Assembly: GCA_051362555.1 (NCBI GenBank)
Contig: CM120641.1
Coordinates: 44,522,401-44,586,400, forward strand
Length of the DNA stretch: 64,000 nucleotides
Direction: 5' to 3'
From: Lingula anatina
Taxonomy: Eukaryota; Animalia; Brachiopoda
The position numbers were made by a program, and so were the translations under genes. Shown in pieces: positions 11,431-23,728 of this stretch (within the stretch, counting starts at the first letter, position 1; each line of letters starts with the position of its first letter). The notes beneath the pieces were generated by a model. That model was not told the origin of the DNA. It was given only the letters and a program-made list of their open reading frames with translations, and ran no database searches.

Positions 11431-13356
11431 GACGTTTTATTAGTATGTGTGTGTTTGTGTTTGTTTAAGGGGGAGGGAGGGGGAGGACATCGTTAGACTT
11501 GCTTTGAGTAATGTCTTTCTTAGGTAAGGCTTGTAAATACTTATCTATTCGGTTGTATGCTTTTTTTCTTCAACTGATAATCGTGCTTAATTATTTTTTC
11601 ATTTTATCAAAGAATATCTGCTTTATATTTATTTGACATTTGTCATATGAGCACTTTTTAACAAATCGTTTGTCAGTTAACGTAATAAAACACGGAATGA
11701 TAATTTTAATCAGGGCAATAAATAAGTGAATACAAGAATTTTCGGTACCTTTATTTTTTCAACGATGTGTTTGGATTTTTTCAATAGTTAACAAGAACCC
11801 TGTGAGGTTACCAAATGTTCCTTCATATCTTTTTCATTGCATTTTAGTTTACATTGCCCAGCATTAAAAATATATGTACATATGACAATAAATACAAGGT
11901 TCAAATGATCAAAATGAAGTTTTTCTTAAAAGCAAAATACATCATTCAATTTAGCAACTTTTATGCAACTAAGTAATACAAAAATAAATAAATAATGTCA
12001 AAATACAATGGGATAAATAATATAGCTAGAACATCCACTCACACTTTATGCAATCTTTATGTAATGGTTGCATTTCACTTTTTCGCACATCCTTCAACTC
12101 AGATATGTGGATTTGCTCTTTTTGCATGTAAGTTCAATTTTGTTATAATGATTAAATGCATTATCATAATCACATGCCTTTACAATTTCAATGTATTAGC
12201 TCTTTGGTGTTATTTGTGATGTATATACACGTGATTTTATTCAATAAAAAGATGCCCATCCATTCACAAGAAACGACAGTTCTAAACCAATTGCATGGGA
12301 CATGTAACACACGGTATGTCGAATTCTGGTTAATCGTTATTTTAAGGGATATGATCAGGAATGCCATACCACCTAGGGCTACACCCCCCGACCCCCGACC
12401 CCCTCAATGGACCCACAGATTGAGTTTTCACTAGATATTCACGGATATGTCAACACTCAGCTGACCTCATATGCTCCATAAAAGACTACCACCCAACCTA
12501 GCAAACCCTTTACAGAAGACTATACATGCATGTGCTGCCCTATGCAGTCCATGTTCGAACTATAAAATATCGAACCATTGGGCCATTAATTATTAGAAAT
12601 TCGAACGGGACAGTGAATCATCAAACACAATATGAAACTTTTGTATACAACACAACACCGACTTCGGTCCCATCACAATCGGTGTACACCTCCCTAATCC
12701 AATAAGCCTTCGTACTAGCGAGACGACCGAACTTCTCTGTTATGCCCCATTATTAGAACGTAGATCTAAGGCGCGACTATTATGTGATTAGTTTTTATTA
12801 CGTTCCTATTACAGAATAATTGTGGCTCGGGGTTACCAGGAACTTTAAAAACCTATTCAAAGGCTTTTAAAGACTTTTGCTGCTCTTTTTAAGGTTTTTT
12901 AAATGTAAATGTAATGCCATGTATAAGAGTAAATAAAAAAGAAAAAAAAGACTAGTAATATTTTACACAAATTTTGTATTTTAACACTTAGTTATTAAAA
13001 TAATAAAACCAAATGATGCCCTTATGGGTATTTTCCACTTCTGTAAATTATTTTCTACATTCAGGTTAAAAACAATAGGATTTAAAATATTTTTGACAAT
13101 TTGCTTAGTGATCAAATCAAACATTTTTCATTGACAAATACGACGGAATACAAGCCCTTTTCAGTGATTATAGAAATTTCAGGTACTTTTCAAGCTAGGG
13201 TCACAACATGGATTCAAGGAGAAAGCTTTAATTCAAGCACTTTTCAAGGCTGAATGAACTCGGTCTCTCTCACATAGTTCTCACGTGACCGTACCAAAAC
13301 ATTTACAGCTTGGAGATAAAACGATACAACCTGAACTACATGATAAGATTACAAGT

Positions 13357-15863
13357 ATGAGCGCTCTGGTAACGAATTATTTAAGGGAACATCTTCCTTA
13401 TAGCACTGCCGTCTTACTATTAGTAATTACGGTTGTGGTGCTGCGTTCGATTTTGATGAAATGTATGGGAATTCCAACTTTAAAGAAGGACTTCCCATCA
13501 CACACAGAGGATGTCGACGCAACGGTCTCCCACGAGGAAGACGGAGGTGACTCCAAACACGACGACGACGCTCACAGCGGTGAAGATGACGCTCCCCGGG
13601 TGGCTTTCAATCCCCAGTTCTACCCCAAGTCACAGATGATCGAGCGAGCTGGGAGGTTTTACGAAAATATGAACGCTCGGAGGTCCGTGCGGAGTTTAAG
13701 TTCTGAGCCCGTCCCTTTGGATGTGATACAAAATATCATTCGAACTGCAGGTAACAGACAGGTTGGGAATGTTTCGGAGTGGGGCAGAGCGATTAAAAAA
13801 ACACGCACAATGCCTTTCATTGCAACTGCAAGATTTTTCATCTAACAAATCACAGATTTAACGTTAACGCTTTTTTTAAAGTCAAGTCATATATCAAAAT
13901 ACATGTCACAGGCCAGATCACTGAGTTTGGCCTATCTATATTGCTTTATCTAAGACCATGAAATTTATTAAACTCGACTTATTGCCGTTAAAGAACCCTC
14001 CAAAATCGGTGGTGGTTAATATTCTGGAGGTAAAAAGATTTACAGAGCTTGCTTTAGTTTTTTTCCTTGAATGAGTGAAAAAGAGAAAGAAAAGTATTGT
14101 ATGGAAGGTTGTGGGAACGAAAAAACATTTACTGAATACTTCGGTGAACATTTTGTACCGGCAGCTGTCTCTCACTAAATATTTCCTTAAGATACATTTA
14201 GCAAATATTGAACTCTTTGTAAAGCCAGATCCTGATTTCCAATATTCTTGATTTAGTTAGGGATATTTATGAAGAAGATCAGCCCGTCTGTTGCATGCTG
14301 CATATACTCAGTATATTAAGTAGCTGTATAGCTATAAACTATATATCTATAAACGCCCTGCAGACCTCGTTGAGGACATTATCTGACCTGTGTCGTGCCA
14401 AAATATGTACGCTGCTAAAATACTATTTTTATTATGTTTATTTGCACGAGCGTGTAAAATTTTAATTTTAAAAATCATTCTCATGCCACCCGTTCGTTTT
14501 CACTTCCCTGAGGTCATTATTAACATTATCCTTATGTTTTTAAAAAAAGTTTGCCAAACTAGCTCACATTTTGCTGCTTTACATTCTTGTTAATCGCCAG
14601 GTGTGCATGATTTTTTCACGTGCTGTCATTATCTGCATTTCACTTAAGGTGATAGCCCGTTGCACTGCTGCGTTTCCGATCTCATTCTTTCAGGTTGCGA
14701 TACACAGTGCACTGAATAACGCTTTCCGTAACCTTACTGAACTGAAAGATTTTTTCTACAATAACAATAAAGGCATGATTTCAAGTTTGGAGGTAGAAAA
14801 CAGGAAAAGTATACGTCTTTCGTAATAAATAAATGATTCCCTCGCTCCCCCCTCCCCCCTCCTCCCCAACCGATGTTACTAGCCAACAAGAATAACGGGA
14901 GGTTATATGGTGTATTCTCAATAAACAATGTAGCGAGCGTAGGATTTTAAACACACTTCTCGTTGAACTTATCTGAAGACAAGCAAATATGATATACGTA
15001 AATAAAAGTGCTACCGCATCACGATTTTTCGTGCTACAGATTTATTTGTACAAAAACATGTAGCATAATGTATATATGTGAGTTGCATGTGTGTGTGTGT
15101 GTGTGTGTGGGTGGGTGCGTTTGTTTTAGTACCTACTTCTTTCAATAACATGGTCAATTATATACATTATACATATGCAATTTGACATGATGGATAAACA
15201 CGCCATCTTCCAGGAACATCTCCTAGCGGCGCCCACACAGAGCCCTGGACATTTGTAGTGGTCAGTAACAAGGGGATAAAAGCTCAAATCCGGCAAATCG
15301 TGGAGGCGGAAGAGGAGATAAATTATAGGAAACGCATGGGAAATAAATGGGTGGAGGACTTAAAGAAGTTTAAGGTCAACTGGGAGAAACCTTACCTTGA
15401 TGTTGCCCCATATCTTATTATAGTGCTGAGACAGGCTTACGGACTCGGTGAGAACGGAGAGAGGAAAACCCACTATTACAACGAGATCAGCGTGTCCATT
15501 GCGGTGGGGCTGCTGCTCACGGCCGTTCAGGTAATAACGTCCGTCTGTCTGCATGGTACTGTGAAGAACACGTGAATTTAAATATGTTTAAATTCTGCAA
15601 AATTCTCTTTCTGTTAACGTTTGTTTTATATACGATTAATTTATTGGCGAATTAAGCCACACCTCTTTTGTCTTCAGAACGCTGGTCTTGTGACAGTGAC
15701 CACTACCCCAATGAACGCTGGACCTGCACTGCGCACGCTGCTGGGACGCCCCGTTAATGAGAAGGTGGTGCTGCTGCTACCAGTAGGGTATCCGGCAAAG
15801 AACGCCACCGTTCCAGACTTAAAGAGGAAAGAATTAGATAAAATCATGGTACTAGTGGATTAA
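13357..15863 (+). CDS. IYD: Iodotyrosine deiodinase copy 3 (3 exons, 298 aa)
   Basis: Exons 13357-13750, 15214-15530 and 15678-15863; same lengths, phases and motifs as copy 2. Confidence 0.95.
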
Positions 15864-16053
15864 ACATCTTTCATTTCTTAATTTACTTCGGGGAAGTCGT
15901 TTAATACCACAATTTTAGGTTATTTTAGGCTTTTACTTAAACAATATTTGTATTTGAATATTGCTGTTTATTTCTTTGAACATCTATTTACTTCGTATGG
16001 AATTGTTAAATTCACCATTGCATTTATCTCTACATATGTATCTTTCAACCAAT

Positions 16054-16184
16054 GTTTTTTCTCTTCGTTTTTTCCTCCTTCTTTTCTCCTTTTCTCCTTT
16101 TTTGCCTTTCCTTTTCCTTTTCTCTTCTTTTTTCTTTCTTCTTTCTTCTTTCCTTCCATTCTTCCTTCCTTCCTTTCTCCCCCC
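16054..16184. repeat. Low-complexity polypyrimidine (C/T) tract
   Basis: Almost purely C and T; explains the spurious F/S/P- and K/E-rich ORFs here. Confidence 0.9.
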
Positions 16185-17135
16185 TAATAATAATAATAAT
16201 CTATTCAGCTTTTATAATTTTAACATTTTAACATTTTTCGCTGTCTAAGCTACTTCTAACACTACCCTATTATGCTTACATCACAAAGGTAGATAATTCT
16301 ATATAATAAAGGATAAAATATCTATCAAATAAGGAGCGGGGACTCTTTTGTATAGTAACTGAGTTGATTGATATGGCCTCGTTTTAATCTAAAAAGAGGA
16401 GAAAGTAATGTAAACGGTGGAGAGCAATGTAAAAGTTTTAACGGAGGGGAAGAAAATGTAGAAAGTGTAGTTAGGAAAATACAATAAAAAATATAAAGGA
16501 ACATGAAAGTTGCTTAGTTCTTACCTCGCGTAATCAGTGAGATAAAGTCATACCATCATCACACAACTAGAAGAAGACGTCTTTATCCGATTACTATTTG
16601 CTTTTGTTACAGGTTACAACATTGTGCTTTTCGACTACAGGGGTATGACGTTTGTGTTAGCAAACATTTCTTATCCTGAGCTTGGACATAATAACATTCC
16701 TTTTTATGTCCAAGTCCTGAGCAATCCAGTGACAGAGGAAATACCATGAAATGATTCAAAGTGAAATTTCATTATATTGTGGTGAAAAAAAAATGACATC
16801 GCCTAGAAGTGAAGTTAATAATGAATAGAAAATGTGTTGTACACTTAGGTCTTTAGAGTATTAAAAAGGGAATTTACCGCTAAGACGAATTTTCCGTGAA
16901 AAAAAAAGGCAATTTTCTCTTCACGGATTATTGCTTGACACGTCCCTGCACCTGTATTCGATGTCTTATTCCATTTTTGATTTAATACTTTTAAATGAAT
17001 GGACAGTCAAAGCAACAAACGACATTGCCTCGGGGTCACACAAGAAAATGGCAAGGTGTTTTGTACCGTGACCCAACCCCTGCGATAATTTGTCTCATTT
17101 AACGCTCACTTACGGTTCCTAATCTGTCGTAGAAC

Positions 17136-17232
17136 CCCAGCATTCGGATCACGTGGCTAGCACGTTGCTATGACGTTATAATCTGGTAACAACGTTCCAG
17201 CCACGTGATCCGAACGTGACGTGTTTGCTGGG
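17136..17232. mobile_element. 97-bp foldback element with CCCAGCA termini (EnSpm/CMC-like MITE)
   Basis: cccagca...tgctggg termini with AC on both sides; internal inverted repeat ttcggatcacgtggct / agccacgtgatccgaa. Confidence 0.55.
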
Positions 17233-18397
17233 ACATAATGTTTTCCTCTTTTAATGAAAATGTTCTTAGTATGTTTTAGGACATTCTTAAAGACGGCCCC
17301 AGAACAGTTGTCGAACTGTTACATTCATTACAGAACAACAATAGAACTGTAAAAAACTACACCAAATGTTTTAGAATAGATTGAGAACAGTAAGTGAATG
17401 TTAAATGAGACAATTTTTCGCAGTTGAATGGCGTGAATAATACAGCCGCTGCAAGCTGGCTATGCCTACCCGAGGAGACTGAGGAGATAATAACAACACG
17501 CTTCAGAAAAACTTTCATCTGAAAGGTTTTATTGTCTTTAGAGTCTGATTTAGAAAATATAAGAAGCTTTACAGGATGTGAATATGAAGGTGGTGGGATT
17601 TTCAACCACATGGAGCGAACTTTCCGTAGAAATTCATTTTGGCGGGAAAATCCCGTGGAGTTATCCTTTCATTATACTGGCCTTAAAGGTATTAGTTATA
17701 CCGAAAGAGAGATTAATTTCGATTAAATATAAATAATGCATTTGCTTAATTATATCTTAGAACCAGGTGGAAGTGGTGCTGCGAACTTGACTGCCAAAGG
17801 GGAGTTAAACCTACAATGGCACCAATTCATAGTGCACATGGATGAAAAATCATCATTGGATACGCGAGCAATAAACCTCGAATCGGTTTTCCGAACGGTC
17901 CCCCATGTCACATAGCGCGCTATTCACACAGGTGGTGCAATCCTTCTGTCACCCCACCTTCGTATCCGACTTCTTTCACGGAATTTTGTCAGCAACAGCT
18001 AGCAAGCACAATAATCAGTCGCACTTCCACTCGAGATTATGATGTGACCTATTTTTTTCTATAAAGCTGCCATTTCATGTATTTTTTGGTAACCTTTCTC
18101 TTAATTGAGACGGATAAAGATGAACAACCATTAACTATTTTTGCCTTTAAAGTAATCTGAAAGGATTTTGTTTCATAATTGACTAAGAACAAAAAAATTA
18201 TTTCTTGAGATATCTCTCTTTTACTCACAGTCCAGTATACAGCCCACAACAATTTTAATAGATAGAAAAATACCATGAGCATCTTATTGAAAAGAAAAGA
18301 TTAGTATATCTTCTGATTTTGTTTCACCTATTTTTAGCAAAAAAGGGGTGGCTTGTGTAGGTAAAAGGGAAATTGTATGAGTTTTCTCTCGAACTTT

Positions 18398-18871
18398 CGA
18401 GGTACGATCAAAAGTTCTCGGCTCCTTGTACTTTGGAATACCTAGGAATGAAAAGTTGGCTATTCCTTTTCAATATAATCTCCCTTCATCTTGATGCACT
18501 TTATCCATCGCTGTTCTAATTTACGTATCCCTTCGAAAGTGAAGTCTGGTCCCCCAACTACTAATTTACTGCATCTATGACACCTTCATTGCTTAGTTTT
18601 CAAGTTTTGGGAACAGAAGTCAGAAGGGGCTACATCAGGAAGAATATGGGGGATGAGGAAGAACTTCGAAGCCGCATTCAGTCGCAGCAGCCCTGGCAAC
18701 GTGCGACTGTCCTGCAAGAGCACACCATTCGCGTCTTTACAGAGACTTCCTGTTGCAATAATAAGCGTTAGAATTCTATTCTCTCAACCAATGACCTTCA
18801 ATAATAAAAAATTATCGACTGATTTGGATCGTCTGCCAATATTAGGCCGAAAACTTTTTGATCGTACCTCG
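18398..18871 (-). mobile_element. Internally deleted mariner (Tc1/mariner) element
   Basis: TIRs cgaggtacgatcaaaagttctcggc and gccgaaaactttttgatcgtacctcg followed by TA. Minus strand carries a decayed transposase C-terminus with stops and frameshifts: ECGFEVLPHPPYS/PDVAPSDF (YSPDLAPSD motif) and FEGIRKLEQRWIKCIKMKGDYIEKE*. Confidence 0.92.
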
Positions 18872-19062
18872 TACATTAAGTTACACATGTTAATACACCC
18901 CGAGTAACAAGGGACTGTTATTAGGCCTATAGTTGTATCTCATAATGATTCAAAGACACACAACAATAAACAACACAGTAACCAGAAAATGGGGATAAAA
19001 TAAAACAATCTGTTTCCGTTGGTGTTCAGTTTTCTACAGTTTATCGACTGGAGATAAAGGAT

Positions 19063-20445
19063 TTAAATGAAATTGTTTTCTGCAGTTTGGGAGGAACTAT
19101 CTCTACGCAGACAGCAATTTGCAATATCGTGAATTAATGAACTAAGCCTTTTCCTAAACACGTAGGACCTCAGTGTATATATGTAAGGATTAGAGCATGT
19201 ATTAATAAATATAAATGAACATGCAAATACACTGATAATATACTGATTTATATCAAGACTTGACGATTGTGATTTGAATATTATATAAGTGATGAGAAAA
19301 GGCAACATACTTATTAAAAATATAGCCAATAAAATTAAACTAGAAAAAATAACTTGCTGGTCTTTCTGTATGATTTTTACGTAGTGCATGTCCGAACCCA
19401 TGTGCACCTCCATTACGTCGGTTGTTTCCTGTGCTATTATATCTATGGTGTCAGGGTTCTCGTTGCCTCTTGTCCATCGAACTTGAGCACTCATGTTGTT
19501 TTTTCTTTGGAAAAATTGCGATACATCTGTTTGCTGCGAGGTGGAACAAGATGGCACTCCTGGCAGTCCCTGGACGTCTCTGGCTGGAATGGCTTCTATT
19601 GCGGCTGGCGCATTTCCTGTAGATTTTGGTACATGAGCACAATGACTTTGTTGATCCTGTCGTGAGACACACTCTAAAGGAGTAAAAGTCGGAGAAAGTG
19701 ATTCGTCTGTGCTGTTGCCACCTTCCGCCATAAACGTGTTGGCGACATTTGCAGATACTGTATGTATGGAATGTCCAGTGTAATAAGGTTTTACCAACTT
19801 GCGTTGCTTTAAAATTTTTTTCACGACTGACAAGTAAGATAATATTGTTACTGTAACGCAGATCATCACAAATGTGTAGCCGATTTTAAATAAAACACCA
19901 GCAGGTTGTTTCCCGTCCTTCAAACATTGCAGGGGGATCACAAATTCACTGTTAGACTCGGAAACAAATGCAAAACATATGATGCCTAGAATCCAATGTG
20001 CAGTTAAACATATTTTGAAAATATGCCTTGGGATAGTCAGAGCAGGCTTGTGAAATTTTGCTGCTCGCAGGACACTTATGCTGGCCAAAATAACGATATT
20101 CATAAATGTCCCCAGGGCTAAAACACGCCCTACAGAGCAATTGATAGAAAGTGTTGATTCATCCCATGACCAAAGTGTCATAACGAATAACGGGCACCCA
20201 ACGAAGGACATGAACAGATCCACTAGTGCTAAGTTAATGTGGAATGAATTCCACCATGTTCTCAGAGACGGAGTACTTCTTGTGATGATAAGAACACAAA
20301 TGTTACCGAACGCTCCAAACACTGCCAATATAGCTGTAAATAAAGTCGCGGTGATGTGTGTCCATCTTGTTTCATCAAAAAATCCTGGCTGATTCCACAA
20401 GTTACTGTTTTCTGTTACGTTGTATTCACTGGATGAATTCATCAT
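19063..20445 (-). CDS. Intronless orphan class A (rhodopsin-like) GPCR, 460 aa
   Basis: Seven hydrophobic segments, N-terminal N-glycosylation sequons, TM1 GN, TM2 NLALVD, Cys at the top of TM3 and in ECL2, long ICL3, TM7 NPYIY, helix 8 FRKRL and a CC motif. Confidence 0.9.
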   Translation of the reverse strand: MMNSSSEYNVTENSNLWNQPGFFDETRWTHITATLFTAILAVFGAFGNICVLIITRSTPSLRTWWNSFHINLALVDLFMSFVGCPLFVMTLWSWDESTLSINCSVGRVLALGTFMNIVILASISVLRAAKFHKPALTIPRHIFKICLTAHWILGIICFAFVSESNSEFVIPLQCLKDGKQPAGVLFKIGYTFVMICVTVTILSYLSVVKKILKQRKLVKPYYTGHSIHTVSANVANTFMAEGGNSTDESLSPTFTPLECVSRQDQQSHCAHVPKSTGNAPAAIEAIPARDVQGLPGVPSCSTSQQTDVSQFFQRKNNMSAQVRWTRGNENPDTIDIIAQETTDVMEVHMGSDMHYVKIIQKDQQVIFSSLILLAIFLISMLPFLITYIIFKSQSSSLDINQYIISVFACSFIFINTCSNPYIYTLRSYVFRKRLSSLIHDIANCCLRRDSSSQTAENNFI

Positions 20446-21491
20446 TATGTATATTGGTAGTGGTATGTTTTGCCGTTTTATATACTGGTTTGGCTAAGAA
20501 GGAGGACGTCAGTCTAGCCCTGTGAAATACGGATCTCATTCGAAGATTTGTTATCCCTCTAATACGTTTATTGAGCACTAAATGATATGAATACATTTGC
20601 AGGCTCTCCAGACTACATTATTCACAACATATATAAGGATATATCACACATTTATATATGTTTTCATATGTAGTATGCAAAATTGCACATTTGTTAATGC
20701 ATGTTAAGCTATAAGATCAATTATGCTATTCACAGCATTATCATCAATTAGTGGCTGTGATGTACTAAATTGCAGGTGAACTACACACACTGGACAATAG
20801 AAGTGTCACCCCTACTGAACCAATACTTTTGGGGGGAGATAAATGACTGTGGAATGATATATTCCTGGTATCATTTTATTAACATCAAATTTCACAAAAA
20901 GACCAACAATACAATTCCATGGTACAGCTGTTTTATACTCATTGGTCACATTATATGTAGACCAGGCATTACAACTTTGATTATTCTGATTCAGGGGATG
21001 GCACTTATATTGTGCAGTGTGTGTATGTATTTTAACAGCAGTCTTTACAAATTCTGCTATTACTTTGAGACTTTTTTACAGGGTGGATTAAGGAGAATTG
21101 ACAATATCTGACCACTGTCCTCTAGACCCACTACATTGATTTTCAAGAGTTCATCATGCATTTGTTGCCTTTCAACATTGTATTTTGTACATTCCGCGAG
21201 GAAGTGTTTTCCATCCTCTATGCAGTTGCAAGCTTTACATTTTCTCGCATCAAATGGAGTTTAAGGTTATGTGTATCAGTGTAATAGGCTAGTGGCTTGG
21301 GATAAAGGCAATAGTCTTAACGACTGGATTCATTTCGGATTTAAATCTGGGGTTAGTACTGCTTTCTTTAACTTTGAAAAACACCTATGCGATTAAAATC
21401 TCGAAAGTTGGAGATTTTCCTGTCAATATCATCAGAAATAAGCATTCTAAGTTTGTCAGCAAAGGGTCAAGAAATCAATATGATAATTGAA

Positions 21492-21743
21492 CAGTGGCGG
21501 ATTTAGGGGGATGTCAGGGGGGGGTTCTGACCCCCCCCCCCCCCCCCCCACACACACACACCTTCGATTTCTGAAATAAAATCACACCAATGGTCCCCTC
21601 TTGAAATTAGAATTTTGACTAGTTGAATTATAGTTCTAAATCGTACCAGATGGCACCGTTCACCCTCTAAATTACCAAAATTTCCAAGGCCCTTCAGCAG
21701 GCCCCGAACCTCACGCCAAGGGGACGGGTCGGCTTCGCATCCG
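21492..21743 (+). mobile_element. hAT-like MITE (family C), right end truncated
   Basis: Starts cagtggcggatttagggg and aligns by eye along its length with 63492-63738, but lacks the right TIR. Confidence 0.75.
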
Positions 21744-21754
21744 TAGGAATATTT

Positions 21755-22285
21755 TTGTAAAATCTTTCTTCTAATTGCCCATTATTACGCTTGGTAGTTT
21801 ACTTTATTATTTAATTGAAATTTATCTGCTTATCTCTGTATTTGATATTATTTGAGTACTTTTTTAACAAACCTACTGTCAGTTGACATAACACAGCACA
21901 AAATTATGATCTTTTTTTTTAATCACGAAGATGAATAAATTAAAAAAACCAAGACATTTTTAGTAGCTTTATTTATTCGTCATTGCGTTTTCACCTTTTT
22001 TTTCTATGGTTAACAGGAACCCTGTGAAGCTTAACAAATGTTTCTTAAACCCTTTCTACCGAGGTTAACATTGCCCAGCAGATAAAACAATGAAAATATG
22101 AAGATTCATACAAGTATTAAAAGATCAAAATAAAGCATTCAGTTTTCCTTATTAGCAAAGCATAAAATTCAATTACACAACTTTTGTGCTACTCTGTAAT
22201 ACAAAAAAAAAAAAAAAACAATGTCAAAATAATTTAGTAAAATAAAAAAGCTTACCCTACAGACCATGGCAAGAACACCAACTCA
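21755..22285 (+). repeat. Diverged paralogue of the IYD 3' flank (matches ~11560-12040 and, in part, ~7020-7340)
   Basis: Shared colinear blocks: atctgctt, tttttaacaaa, tgtcagtt, gttaaca.gaaccctgtga, caaatgtt, acattgcccagca, gatcaaaat, caactttt, gtaatacaaaaa, aatgtcaaaata. Confidence 0.82.
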
Positions 22286-23728
22286 CCACCCTGAGATTAA
22301 AAGTTTGAAAATTTCCACACACCCCCCATCTCTCTTTTTTTTAATAAAAATAACCAAAATAATAAATAAAACAAACTTTCAGGCAAATAGCCACTTCTGT
22401 ACATAAAAGGGGAAGTTTCAAGACCTTGACACCTGGGGTGATGAGCTCAGGTGGATGGCATTTGCTTGTTTTGAAGTCTTCCATGTTATATGACAAAATG
22501 CTGGCATGTTAATTCAACTACCCTGTAGGCTGTAGGCTACTTATCTAAATTGAAGATGAGTTATACAACAAATGATGATAAAAAGCAATGACTATACAGT
22601 ATTAAGATAAATATATAATATGTAAATATAAAAATGTTGATTTCCTTGGCATTAAGCTAAAACAGTATAAAACCATGCACTTTAAGTGTCTTTTACTGTA
22701 TCAAAACCCTGTTTTGATTAATTGTATAATACCTTTCTTAGGCTTGCGATGTTATATACTTTTACTCTGTTACATTTGTATTGCAATAAATTTAGTAAAG
22801 CAATTATAATATATTTTATCAAAATCAGTTTTGATTTAACTATGATATATGAAATATTAAAAGACTTAAGAATGAAAAATATGCTGTTGTTATAACATTA
22901 CATGACATGTATCAATACAATGTATTATGTTTTCAAGCACAAAAGAGTATTTTTTTTTTCAAATGCAACTTAATTTCAGTTCTTAAGACACAAAGAAGAC
23001 CATGCACTATCCTCTTTTATATTCACTACAAAAACATCACTATGACTCACATATTTGCAATGGTATGTACACTGATTTTCTTTTAAAATATATCATTTTA
23101 ACATATTATTATAAGTGACTAGATCCTACATAAGTAATGATTATTTACCCGATTGTCTGACTTAAAGATCTATTGCAATAAATATGGTCATGGAACCCAC
23201 AAAACCCAGCAGGGAAGACCACATGGAATTGATATCAATACCACAGAGAAAATAATTTTGTGACAAAACTGCACAAGAGTTGACCATGTTCAGGGCTGCC
23301 AACATTACAGTACTCAAAATGCGTAGTTCTATTGTTAAACATGTTATTAACAGTACAATAACACCTGAAAACAAAAGGAATTGATACTAAACAATGTGTA
23401 TAATACAGGGGAATATGCAGAGTTGGCAACCCTGTATTTTTGCACCTTGAAAGTTTGACTATTATATGCTGTGATTATGGTTTTTTCTATTTTTTAAGAA
23501 TTATATACAATTTTAGATATTTCAATACCATTAAAAAGCCATCTCATCAAAAATATTAGAACAGATATCAAATCAACCATTTTGCTTGTATTTTACTCCT
23601 GTTGTCAAGTGGACTTTTTCATATTGGTTTGCCCACTGGTTACTTGAAAGGCTTTAGGTATAACCCTGATCCAGTGTTTATCATCTCTCTTCAATTCTTG
23701 TTACCAAACACATTATGGCCAACATTGC

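Noticed and set aside
8233-15863. IYD copies 2 and 3 as uncollapsed haplotypes
   Set aside because: Different MITE content, intron segments and 3' flanks argue for real paralogues; read depth is still needed for certainty.
15948-16248. Hydrophobic and Lys/Glu-rich ORFs
   Set aside because: Translations of a polypyrimidine tract.
18577-18907. Plus-strand ORFs of 64 and 84 aa
   Set aside because: Antisense to the decayed mariner transposase.
19354-20392. Short ORFs overlapping the GPCR
   Set aside because: Shadow frames with no recognisable features.
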